This document shows positions 18,422 to 27,382 of a stretch of 64,000 nucleotides of DNA, in pieces. The translations under genes and the position numbers were made by a program. The DNA is taken from NCBI GenBank assembly GCA_002449135.1, contig DKCH01000021.1:2395-66394 (forward strand), in the 5' to 3' direction. The stretch is from Bacillales bacterium UBA6879 (GTDB taxonomy: Bacteria > Bacillota_I > Bacilli_A > RFN20 > CAG-288). The notes beneath the pieces were generated by a model that worked only from the letters and a program-made list of their open reading frames with translations, ran no database searches and had not been told where the DNA came from. How positions within the stretch are numbered: position 1 is the stretch's first letter; each line of letters begins with the position of its first letter.

Positions 18422-18451
18422 TTGACAATTAAATATAAAAAATAGTATTAT
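18422..18451 (+). promoter_or_regulatory. Sigma-70-type promoter for rpsF-ssb-rpsR
   Basis: TTGACA (18422-18427), 18-nt spacer, TATTAT (18446-18451). Followed by a ~70-nt leader containing the hairpin GTCACTTAATAAGTGAC. Confidence 0.45.
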
Positions 18452-18526
18452 ATTACACGAGTATGGCTTCTAGCCACTGCTCTCTGTCACTTAATAAGTG
18501 ACCAAATGTCCAAAGGGAGGTGTCAC

Positions 18527-18817
18527 ATGTCTAAGAATTATGAAATCATGTACATTTTAAAACCTGAATTAGATGAAGCTAGCATCAAAAACGAAAATGC
18601 TAACATTCAAAAGATTCTCACTGACAATGGTGCTAAAATCATCGATGTCAATGAATGGGGCTTAAAAGAACTCGCTTATGAGATCAAAAAAGCCAAAAAA
18701 GGTTATTATGTTGTACTAAAGTTCTCAACTCCTAGTAAAAAAGCTATCGATGAATTCGAACGTCTTACTAGAGTTAATGCTAACGTCTTAAGATTTTTAT
18801 TGACTGTTTCAGAATAA
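18527..18817 (+). CDS. rpsF: 30S ribosomal protein S6
   Basis: RBS AAGGGAGG. MSKNYEIMYILKPELDE... is the canonical S6 N-terminus. The track start at 18506 is an upstream in-frame extension. Confidence 0.9.
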   Translation: MSKNYEIMYILKPELDEASIKNENANIQKILTDNGAKIIDVNEWGLKELAYEIKKAKKGYYVVLKFSTPSKKAIDEFERLTRVNANVLRFLLTVSE

Positions 18818-18843
18818 GTAAATTCTGATGAGAGGAGATAGAA

Positions 18844-19278
18844 ATGAATAGAGTTTTACTAATTGGTCGTTTTACTAAAGATCCTGAATTAAAAACAACA
18901 ACCTCAGGTATGCATGTTGTCTCATTTTCACTTGCTGTTGATAATCGTACTAAGAATAAAGATGAAAAATCTGCATCTTACATCAATTGCGTAGCTTGGA
19001 ATGCGACTGCTGAAAATATTGCAAAATATGTAAAAAAAGGTTCTCAAGTTGCTGTTGATGGACACTTATTACAAAGAACTTATACTAACAAAGAAAATAA
19101 AAATGTTAGTGTATTAGAAGTCATTTGTGATCAAGTTCAATTCTTATCAAGAGCAAGAGAAGATTCTTCTTCTAATGGTAATAATGGCTACACTCCTGAT
19201 TCATCTTCAACTCCTAGTGGTAATGACGATTCATTCAGCAATTCTGATTTTGATACTGATGATCAATTACCGTTTTAA
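18844..19278 (+). CDS. ssb: Single-stranded DNA-binding protein
   Basis: MNRVLLIGRFTKDPELKTTTSG OB-fold N-terminus. Acidic C-terminal tail DFDTDDQLPF. Confidence 0.9.
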   Translation: MNRVLLIGRFTKDPELKTTTSGMHVVSFSLAVDNRTKNKDEKSASYINCVAWNATAENIAKYVKKGSQVAVDGHLLQRTYTNKENKNVSVLEVICDQVQFLSRAREDSSSNGNNGYTPDSSSTPSGNDDSFSNSDFDTDDQLPF

Positions 19279-19296
19279 AGAAAGGATTAATTAGTT

Positions 19297-19518
19297 ATGT
19301 ATAAGAAAAAAGCTCCTGTTAAGGTTTGCTACTTTGCAAAAAACAAGATTGATCATATCGATTATAAGGATGTTGAACTTTTAAAGAAGTTCATTTCTCC
19401 TTCTGGTAAGATCACTCCTAGAAGAATTTCTGGTACTTGTGCTAAACATCAACGTGAATTAGCTCGTGCTATTAAAAACGCTAGATTTATGGCTCTTTTA
19501 CCATTTATTGCTGACTAG
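19297..19518 (+). CDS. rpsR: 30S ribosomal protein S18
   Basis: C-terminus [30 protein letters not shown] is the S18 signature. Confidence 0.9.
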   Translation: MYKKKAPVKVCYFAKNKIDHIDYKDVELLKKFISPSGKITPRRISGTCAKHQRELARAIKNARFMALLPFIAD

Positions 19519-19535
19519 TATTTGTAATTATTATT

Positions 19536-19567
19536 AACTGTAGGTATATCCTACAGTTATTTTTTTA
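19536..19567 (+). terminator. Rho-independent terminator after rpsR
   Basis: AACTGTAGG-TATAT-CCTACAGTT hairpin followed by ATTTTTTT. Confidence 0.6.
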
Positions 19568-19577
19568 AAAATTAAAA

Positions 19578-20285
19578 ATGATAAAACAATATAAAAAAGA
19601 TAGTGAATATTCATACACTGGGGGATTTTTCCCGACTTTCGAACTTTTAAATAATAGAAAAAATCAATTAATAAATGTTTATGCATCACCAGAAAGTTTA
19701 GATACTCCTGGCTATTTAAAATTGGAAAAAATTGTTCCAAAAAATAAAATTATAGTTTCTAAAAATATCTTTGATAAATTAAAAGAAAAAGATAATGACC
19801 ATGTAATTGGTGTTTTCAACAAATACAAGGATAAATTAGAAAAACATGCTAATCATGTAGTTTTAGTTAATCCATCCGATATGGGTAATTTAGGAAATAT
19901 AATGCGTTCAATGTTAGCTTTTAACTACCTTGATTTAGCATTAATCACTCCATGTGCAGATTATTTTAATCCAAAAGTTATCCGTTCATCTATGGGTGCT
20001 GTTTTTTCATTAAGAATTCAAACATTTAAATCCTTTGATGAATACATGAAAGATTATAAACGTCCTTATTATCCTTTTATGTTAAAGGGCTCTACAAGTT
20101 TAACTGATGTAAAAAAAGTAAATGGTAATTATGCCTTAGTTTTCGGAAATGAAGCTACAGGTTTACCAGATAGTTTTACCAACAATTTAGCGACAAGAAT
20201 AGAACAATCAAAAAAAGTTGATTCTTTAAATTTAGCTACCGCAGTAGTTGTTGCTCTCTATTCTTTTAAATATTTTAAAAATTAA
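19578..20285 (+). CDS. SpoU/TrmH-family RNA 2'-O-methyltransferase
   Basis: VLVNPSDMGNLGNIMRSMLAF and GNEATGLPD match SPOUT methyltransferase motifs. Confidence 0.75.
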   Translation: MIKQYKKDSEYSYTGGFFPTFELLNNRKNQLINVYASPESLDTPGYLKLEKIVPKNKIIVSKNIFDKLKEKDNDHVIGVFNKYKDKLEKHANHVVLVNPSDMGNLGNIMRSMLAFNYLDLALITPCADYFNPKVIRSSMGAVFSLRIQTFKSFDEYMKDYKRPYYPFMLKGSTSLTDVKKVNGNYALVFGNEATGLPDSFTNNLATRIEQSKKVDSLNLATAVVVALYSFKYFKN

Positions 20286-20641
20286 TCTTTATTGTCACTA
20301 TCATTTTTATTTATAGTGATTACACGTCCATTTTTAACTATTTTTTGAGTAGTATCATTTTTTGCTTTTGCACAATCTTTAATAAAAAGATCAAAAATAA
20401 ATTGCATAAAAACTAATATAAGTAAAATCAATAAAAAAACAGAAACAACTACTTCATATACCTGCAAAGATTCACCAAAAAAATGTTTACCAGTTCCAAT
20501 ATTAACAAAGAAATTAATATCCAAAACTAGCATCAAAACAAATAAAATAAACTCTAAAACACAAATCACAATTTGAGTTACTGTTAAGGTCTTGAAATGT
20601 TCTAAAATGTTTTTAGGTTTAAAATGTTCAAAAAATTTCAT
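20282..20641 (-). CDS. Small membrane protein, unknown
   Basis: 119 aa with two hydrophobic helices. Last gene of a minus-strand operon. Confidence 0.4.
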   Translation of the reverse strand: MKFFEHFKPKNILEHFKTLTVTQIVICVLEFILFVLMLVLDINFFVNIGTGKHFFGESLQVYEVVVSVFLLILLILVFMQFIFDLFIKDCAKAKNDTTQKIVKNGRVITINKNDSDNKD

Positions 20642-20650
20642 AAATACTCC

Positions 20651-21388
20651 TTACTTAATTTTAACATAACTATTAAAAGAAACTTCACTATTGTTTTTTA
20701 CTCCAATTATTTGATATTCTTTTTCAGAATTTTCTTTAACATAAGTTCTTAAAAGATCATTTTTATAATTTTCTTTTGAAAAATTTATTTGCATCTCAGA
20801 AACTTCATTACTCTCTATATTAGGAATAGAAGAAACAATTAAACGAGCATAATTAGTATTATTCATATGTTTATTATGATCTAAATCAGTAAAAAGGACT
20901 TGATAATTTAAAGTTTCTTTTAAATTACTATAGTCAAAAGTTGGAAGATTAAAAAACTCAGTTTCAAAATTGGTCTTGTCTAAATAGTCATCTCTATTTA
21001 ATTCTTTTACTTCTTTTGTTCTTACAAGTCTTCTAGTTTTTACATTTAAAATGCACCAATAGGAACTTAATTTAAGTAAAATATCACCTTTAGCATTTTT
21101 AATAATTGCTTCCCTAGTAACTGCTAATGAACTTGGTTTTAATGGCCAAGTTTCTAATGTTAATTCTTCAAGATAAGGTATTTTTTTATAAATTTTAAAA
21201 TGAATTTTATCAACAACCCAAATTAAATCACGTTCAATAAATGGCTGGTATCCGGTATTTAATAAATTAGCATGAATACCTGCAATATTTTGAAAAGCTA
21301 ATAAAATTGATGATGGGAAAACATTATCATTAGCATCAATATCAGAATAGGTAAAAATTATTTTTTGACTATAAAATGTTTCGTTCAT
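20651..21388 (-). CDS. Acyl-ACP thioesterase-like (double hot-dog) protein
   Basis: 245 aa. Both the N-terminal half (...DANDNVFPSSILLAFQNIAGIHA...) and the C-terminal half (...DLDHNKHMNNTNYARL...) fit the FatA/B-type acyl-ACP thioesterase layout. Confidence 0.55.
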   Translation of the reverse strand: MNETFYSQKIIFTYSDIDANDNVFPSSILLAFQNIAGIHANLLNTGYQPFIERDLIWVVDKIHFKIYKKIPYLEELTLETWPLKPSSLAVTREAIIKNAKGDILLKLSSYWCILNVKTRRLVRTKEVKELNRDDYLDKTNFETEFFNLPTFDYSNLKETLNYQVLFTDLDHNKHMNNTNYARLIVSSIPNIESNEVSEMQINFSKENYKNDLLRTYVKENSEKEYQIIGVKNNSEVSFNSYVKIK

Positions 21389-22092
21389 ATTCTATCTTTA
21401 AATAAATCTATTAATTCACTATAAGAAGTAAATTCGGTGTAAATCAATTGCTTTTTTAAATCATCGTTAACATTATTATGCTTCCAGTTAAAATAAAAAG
21501 CTTGCATCTTAGATAGGTTAGCCCCAGTAATATCAGTTAAAATATTATCACCTATGAATGCCACTTCTTCTGGATTAAGATTAAGTTTTTTACAAGCTAA
21601 GAGATAAAATCTTGGGTCTGGTTTTTTTACAGCGTAGGTTGATGAACAAATAATTTGATCAAAAGGATTCTGATCAAAATTTCTTAAAATAAGTTCATCT
21701 AAATCATCTTTTTCTTGTATTGTATTAGAAAGAATCGAAAAATGTATATTATTTTCCTTTAAGAAAGAAATAAAATCCAAAAAGCCTGGAACTAACTCAC
21801 CTTTATAAGCAAAAGTGCATAATCTTGCAGCTTCTTTATAAGAAATATCAAGTTCTATACCTAATGACTCACATAAATAAGCAATTATAGCTGTTTGACT
21901 AACCTCAAAAGTAGCTGTTGAATAATAATCATATAAAAATTTACTATCATAAGCTAAAATTTCATCAAAAGAATATTTGTTTTTATCTTTAAAATGATCA
22001 AAAACAACTTTTAAAGAAGCGTTCTTATAGATTTCTTCAAACTTAATTACAGTGTCCCAGCAATCAAATAAAACATATTTAATCTTTTTCAT
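21385..22092 (-). CDS. HAD-superfamily hydrolase
   Basis: VLFDCWDT (motif I DxD variant) and AFIGDNILTDITGA (motif IV). Start overlaps the downstream thioesterase gene (operon). Confidence 0.6.
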   Translation of the reverse strand: MKKIKYVLFDCWDTVIKFEEIYKNASLKVVFDHFKDKNKYSFDEILAYDSKFLYDYYSTATFEVSQTAIIAYLCESLGIELDISYKEAARLCTFAYKGELVPGFLDFISFLKENNIHFSILSNTIQEKDDLDELILRNFDQNPFDQIICSSTYAVKKPDPRFYLLACKKLNLNPEEVAFIGDNILTDITGANLSKMQAFYFNWKHNNVNDDLKKQLIYTEFTSYSELIDLFKDRI

Positions 22093-22177
22093 ACTTTCTT
22101 ATTTTACTACAAATTAAACTTCTTTTTTAACTTTAAGTAGTAAAGTATCAAATTTGATATAATTTTATTGATAGTAT

Positions 22178-23092
22178 ATGTCAAAACTAAAAACCTTATT
22201 AAGTCTTTTATCTAATAAAATTAAATTTAGGTTTAAAAATATAAAAAATAAAAACCCTTATATTTTAAATGAAGAAAATAAAAACGATATTATTAATAAA
22301 TTATTTCATCTTTCTCAATTATCGATTTATTATTTTTCTAATTTCGAAATGACTTTTTTAAAAGAAGCTATACTAATAAAAAATAATATAAAAAAGGATT
22401 ATAGCAAAAACATATATAGGAATTTTGAAAATGATTTAAATTTAGAAGAAGGAAGTTTAACATTTAAAGTTATTAATCATATAGGACTAGAATCTTTAAA
22501 GATTTTCGAAAAATTAAATTTAGGACTCTATGAAGCCTCCGCTGATGCTAATTTTGTAATTAATAACATAAAAAGTGAAACTTATTTTCTTAAAACTGAT
22601 GACACTATTAAATTTACTAATCTTTTACCTTCTTATTTTCATAACAAAAAAGTTTTAGTAGCTGATAATTATAATGATTTAATAAAAATTCAATATGTAA
22701 AATTAAAATCTTCAAATAAGTATCGTACAAAACTTAATTATTCCTTATATACATTATCATTTAAAGAAACTTTAAATAATATTGGACTAGCAAATTATTT
22801 TGAAACCATAGATGCTTTAAAAATGTTTTTATTAAACTATTCTTTCGATTTATTAGTTCTAAAAAGAAATCCTTTTTCTTTACTATTACAGAATTTTGTC
22901 ATTAATTTAGAATCTAAACCAAGTTCAATAGTTTTAGATGATACAATATATTCACTTTTTGATATAACCAAAAAACATAGTGAAATAACTAATGAATCCC
23001 AAATTTCTTTAGAAGATTATCAAAAAACTATCAACGATGACTTTTTAACTGCATTCGTCAATAAAGAAGATTTAGAAAGAGGTAAAAAATGA
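22178..23092 (+). CDS. Hypothetical soluble protein
   Basis: 304 aa. No recognisable motifs. First gene of an operon whose genes overlap by 4 nt and 1 nt and which ends with ung. Confidence 0.4.
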   Translation: MSKLKTLLSLLSNKIKFRFKNIKNKNPYILNEENKNDIINKLFHLSQLSIYYFSNFEMTFLKEAILIKNNIKKDYSKNIYRNFENDLNLEEGSLTFKVINHIGLESLKIFEKLNLGLYEASADANFVINNIKSETYFLKTDDTIKFTNLLPSYFHNKKVLVADNYNDLIKIQYVKLKSSNKYRTKLNYSLYTLSFKETLNNIGLANYFETIDALKMFLLNYSFDLLVLKRNPFSLLLQNFVINLESKPSSIVLDDTIYSLFDITKKHSEITNESQISLEDYQKTINDDFLTAFVNKEDLERGKK

Positions 23093-24726
23093 AAAGGATT
23101 GTTTTTACTTTTTTCTCATTATTAATTGGTGGCTTGTTCGCTTTTTTATATTATTTTCAACCCATTAGAGACTTTTTAACTGGTGCTAATGTTGGCTTTT
23201 TAGTTGAAGCATATAATCAATTGGATGCTTTTTTTAACTTTTTATGGAATAAAACCTTAAACAATTTTATATTATTAAATCCTACTTTTGATAATATTAA
23301 TTTCAAAGGATTAGTAATTATTATTATTTGTACTTTTTTATTTATTTTAGCAATCGATATTATTGCTAGTATAATTTCAACATTAGTAAATTTAAGTAAA
23401 CATAAACAAGAAATTAGAATTCAAGAAGAACAAGAAAAGTTAGAAAATATAAATAAAGCACCAAAATATTTTTCTATATTAGACGCTAATGAAATTAACT
23501 TTTCAAATATTAAAACTCCAAGTTCAGCAAGTGAAATAGTATTAAATCCTTTTATTGAACAAAATACTGCAAAAATACAATTAAATAGTGGAAAACGCAA
23601 TCCTATAGGTAGAATTATATTTTTAATAATCTATTTAATTTTACTTTCTTTTTTCATCTTCTTTAGATTTTCTTATTTAGCTAAATTCTCTTGGCTTTTA
23701 AATACATTTAAGAATTTTTATTCTTCAGCTTTTATTACAGCTATCAATACAAATTTGGACAGTTTTTTTACAAATTTATTTACTATTGATTATCAAAAGG
23801 TAATTTATAAAACATTTTATCTTGGTCACCTTTATGAATTAATTTTATATTTAGTAACTTCATTAATCTTCATTATTATTGTTTTACTAATTACCCATTT
23901 TATTTTAATTTCTTATCGTAAAAGAAAATTAGAAAAAGAAAAAAGATTACCAACTGTTGAAGATCAAAAGATTTCTAATAAAGCCTTAGAAATCTTAACA
24001 GGTGAAAAAGAGTTACAAAATGGTGAAATAAACTTAATTGCTGATATTACTCCATCCATAGGTTTTTTAAATAAGGAAAAAGATTTTGTAAATCAAGCTA
24101 AATATTTAGATGATATTTCAACTGGTGTAACTGAAAAAGGAATCGCTGTCAATCCTTATAAGTTTATTAAGCCATCAAAAACACGACAACCATTTATTCT
24201 TGAAGATTTACCTGAAGATCTTTCTAAAAACAAAGGTGTTAAAATTGATGATATTCCTTCAATTGATGTGGTATCAAAAAATGATGAAATTAACACTACA
24301 ATTTTAACTACTTATCTAAATGATGATGAAAAAGATAAAATAAATGATTTTGATTTTACTAAATTAGATCTATCAAATTTAATTATTAAAAACAAACCTT
24401 TACCAAAGAAAACTATTACTGTTGATGATCAATTATCACTAGATGAAGATGGACTAATTTATTTAGTAAAACGCGGAAAAAGATTTACTAGTGAAGAAGA
24501 AATTGCTGATTTAGTTAGTTATTCAAATTTATCTGAAAATAATTTAATTAATAAAATCGGTAATGATAATTTTAAATTCTTAAATAATTTGGAACCATTT
24601 AAATTAAAAACCTTAAATGTTTCTGAAGAAATAAATAATATAAAAACTCGTATAAAACAGGAGGAAAAGGAAAAAGAAGAGGAAGCTTTAATAAAAGCCA
24701 TAACCTCAAAACCTTTTAATGTATAA
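23089..24726 (+). CDS. Hypothetical polytopic membrane protein with a C-terminal soluble domain
   Basis: 545 aa with ~6 TM helices in the first 270 aa. No Walker or other catalytic motifs. Confidence 0.45.
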   Translation: MKRIVFTFFSLLIGGLFAFLYYFQPIRDFLTGANVGFLVEAYNQLDAFFNFLWNKTLNNFILLNPTFDNINFKGLVIIIICTFLFILAIDIIASIISTLVNLSKHKQEIRIQEEQEKLENINKAPKYFSILDANEINFSNIKTPSSASEIVLNPFIEQNTAKIQLNSGKRNPIGRIIFLIIYLILLSFFIFFRFSYLAKFSWLLNTFKNFYSSAFITAINTNLDSFFTNLFTIDYQKVIYKTFYLGHLYELILYLVTSLIFIIIVLLITHFILISYRKRKLEKEKRLPTVEDQKISNKALEILTGEKELQNGEINLIADITPSIGFLNKEKDFVNQAKYLDDISTGVTEKGIAVNPYKFIKPSKTRQPFILEDLPEDLSKNKGVKIDDIPSIDVVSKNDEINTTILTTYLNDDEKDKINDFDFTKLDLSNLIIKNKPLPKKTITVDDQLSLDEDGLIYLVKRGKRFTSEEEIADLVSYSNLSENNLINKIGNDNFKFLNNLEPFKLKTLNVSEEINNIKTRIKQEEKEKEEEALIKAITSKPFNV

Positions 24727-25376
24727 TGAACTGGCTAAATTTTTTTATTGAGGAAATCCACAAAAAAGAAATTAGAACACTTATCAAAAAAATTTCTTAT
24801 GACTATCAAAACTATAAAATTTACCCACCAAAAAAAGATCTTTTAAAAGCGTTTCAACTAACAACATTTGATAAAGTTAAAGTCTTAATAATCGGACAGG
24901 ATCCATACCATGAACAAAATCAAGCAATGGGCTTAGCCTTTTCTGTTCCATCAAATTCTAAAATTCCTCCTTCCTTAGTAAATATTTTTAAAGAATATCA
25001 TAACGATTTAAATTACGATATACCTAAATCAGGAGACTTAACTAAATGGGCAAAAAATGGTGTCTTATTACTAAATTCAGTACTTCATGTAAAAGAAGGC
25101 GAAGCTCTTTCATGTAATTACATAGAATATGAAACATTCTTAAATGATGTAGTTTCTTATCTAAATCTTTCAAAAAAAAGGATAGTCTTTATTTTATGGG
25201 GTGCTAAAGCACAAAAAGTTGAAAAGCTCATAAATAAAAACTATCATTTAGTTTTAAAATCTAGTCATCCATCTCCTTTAGCTAGTTATCGTGGCTTTTT
25301 TGGTTCAAAGCCTTTTTCTAAAACTAACACTTTTTTAAAAGAACATGGACAAGAAGTAGTTGATTGGAAGTTATAA
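24726..25376 (+). CDS. ung: Uracil-DNA glycosylase
   Basis: GQDPYH water-activating loop, HPSPLA motif, 216 aa. Confidence 0.9.
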   Translation: MNWLNFFIEEIHKKEIRTLIKKISYDYQNYKIYPPKKDLLKAFQLTTFDKVKVLIIGQDPYHEQNQAMGLAFSVPSNSKIPPSLVNIFKEYHNDLNYDIPKSGDLTKWAKNGVLLLNSVLHVKEGEALSCNYIEYETFLNDVVSYLNLSKKRIVFILWGAKAQKVEKLINKNYHLVLKSSHPSPLASYRGFFGSKPFSKTNTFLKEHGQEVVDWKL

Positions 25377-25805
25377 TTTTTCCTTAATTTGATTAGCTAA
25401 AGTTGGTAAATTGAATTTTTCAATAGCAGTTGGCTCAAATGGAATACCAAGTTTATCTTCCTTATAACGTGGAATAATATGAACATGAAAATGGAATACG
25501 GATTGACCGGCAATTTTATTAACATTGGTTAAAATATTAATACCATCAGCATGTAAAGAAACAACCATAGCTTGGCCTATCTTTTGAGCAATTTGAAAAA
25601 CATAAGCGAGTAAATCAGGTGGACAAGTTAAGAAATTATCAAAATGTTCCTTAGTAACTACTAAACAATGACCTTTACTAGCAGGGGAAATATCCAAAAA
25701 AGCCAAAACTTTTTGATCTTCATAAACCTTAATAGAAGGTATTTCACCATTTACAATTTTACAAAAAACACAATTTTCATGCATATAATTAGCCTCCATA
25801 CTCAA
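25371..25805 (-). CDS. HIT-family (histidine triad) nucleotide hydrolase
   Basis: FHFHVHIIP histidine-triad motif. 144 aa. Confidence 0.85.
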   Translation of the reverse strand: MSMEANYMHENCVFCKIVNGEIPSIKVYEDQKVLAFLDISPASKGHCLVVTKEHFDNFLTCPPDLLAYVFQIAQKIGQAMVVSLHADGINILTNVNKIAGQSVFHFHVHIIPRYKEDKLGIPFEPTAIEKFNLPTLANQIKEKL

Positions 25806-25856
25806 TTATTTTAACATTTATTAATTATTTTGATCGTATTATTAAATAAGAAAACA

Positions 25857-25882
25857 ATAAAAAAGGGCATTTACTTGCCCTT
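25857..25882 (-). terminator. Terminator of the lipoprotein operon (minus strand)
   Basis: AAGGGCA-TTTACT-TGCCCTT hairpin with a U-run on the minus strand. Confidence 0.5.
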
Positions 25883-25892
25883 AAAATTCTAA

Positions 25893-27365
25893 TTAATCTT
25901 CATCAATAGCATCAGGATAATTAGTCTCGATGTATTCATAGAAATCAGGATCAGAATAAGAAATATCGTGTTGAGTTAAATAATGAGTAATTGCGGTTTT
26001 CTTATAAGAATCTTGACTTGCCATAATATAAGCAGTAGACATAGCTAATTCTCTCTTAGCCTTTTTAACTTCATCAGAATCAGAAGAATTCTTAGCTATT
26101 CTTGAATTAGAAACAATAGAATGAATTTCAACAATATAATAAGCATTTTCAGATTTTACATAAGTTGCCACTGTATTAGTTGAATTAGCAGGAAGTCCAT
26201 CAGGCTTAACATAACGAGAATAAGTAGTTTGATCACCATTCTTATGAGCAAAAACTAACGAATTATCAACAACTTCTTTCTTATAAACTCCTTCTTCATT
26301 TTCAGAATAGTTAGAAGAAAATGTACGATCAGAAATAGTAGAAGGTAAAGAAGATGGAGCAGAAGCAGAAAGATAAGTATCATTAAAATAAATTTCTTCT
26401 TTTGCTAAGGAACGTTTAGCTAACTCTTCACCCCATTCTACTGAATAAGTATAAGAACCTGTATATTGAGACTCTAATGAGGTATCAGTTAAATATTCAT
26501 TATTAGTTTTTATCTTATCAACTTCTTCAGAAATTTTATCAGATAAAGTATGGATATTATTATTACTTAACCATTGAATTTGTTCATCAGTTAGATCATT
26601 GCCTTTCCAAAGATTAGTTAAATTAGCTAAACTGGCTTGTTCAGGAGTTGCATTTTCATTAACAATATAGTCTCTAGTAAATGCATCAACTAATTTTTTA
26701 GCTTCACCTGGACGATCGGTTCTATCAACTATTTTAGCAAAAGAAATTTCACGAGCAGAAGTTGTACCAATTGATGAGTAATTATTTTCATAAATGTATT
26801 TAGCTGTCAAATATTGTCTTTTAATAGTAGGTATTAATTGTCTATTAATATAATCAGAATAATCTAATTTAAAGACATCTTCAAATTTTGATTCAGAAGT
26901 AACAATTAAATCATCGCCTTGGGTAGCTGCTTTTAAACTAGCTAAATCAGTTTTACCATCACTTGTCTTAATAGCGTAACCTTGAGAAACTAAGTTTAAA
27001 GCGTAACGATATTCATCAAAAATAGAATCAGTAGCATAAGAATCACCTTTAACATCATCTAACATGGTCTTTTGATATTTTTCTTTTAATTCATCATCTG
27101 AAATAGCAAAATCACCAGTTAATTCTTCACCAGCAAAAGAATCAAGAAGCATATTAAGTTGAGTTAAATTCTTATCTTGACCAGATAATTTATTATAGAA
27201 ATCTTCTTTAGTATTATTAGTAACTTCATTATTAGAATCATTAGAAACATCAACTATAGGATCGTTTTTATCACCTGGCAAATTAACAATATCATCATTG
27301 CAGCTAGTTAAGACAGTAGCAAAAGTTGTAACTAATAATAAGGATGCAAGTTTTGTTTTTCTCAT
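25893..27365 (-). CDS. Surface lipoprotein, unknown function
   Basis: Signal peptide plus lipobox LTSCN. 490 aa. Acidic and Ser/Thr-rich. Confidence 0.6.
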   Translation of the reverse strand: MRKTKLASLLLVTTFATVLTSCNDDIVNLPGDKNDPIVDVSNDSNNEVTNNTKEDFYNKLSGQDKNLTQLNMLLDSFAGEELTGDFAISDDELKEKYQKTMLDDVKGDSYATDSIFDEYRYALNLVSQGYAIKTSDGKTDLASLKAATQGDDLIVTSESKFEDVFKLDYSDYINRQLIPTIKRQYLTAKYIYENNYSSIGTTSAREISFAKIVDRTDRPGEAKKLVDAFTRDYIVNENATPEQASLANLTNLWKGNDLTDEQIQWLSNNNIHTLSDKISEEVDKIKTNNEYLTDTSLESQYTGSYTYSVEWGEELAKRSLAKEEIYFNDTYLSASAPSSLPSTISDRTFSSNYSENEEGVYKKEVVDNSLVFAHKNGDQTTYSRYVKPDGLPANSTNTVATYVKSENAYYIVEIHSIVSNSRIAKNSSDSDEVKKAKRELAMSTAYIMASQDSYKKTAITHYLTQHDISYSDPDFYEYIETNYPDAIDED

Positions 27366-27382
27366 AATTATTTTTCCTCCAC

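Noticed and set aside
18506-18526. Upstream extension of rpsF in the ORF track (MSKGRCH...)
   Set aside because: The canonical S6 N-terminus starts at the ATG at 18527, directly after AAGGGAGG.
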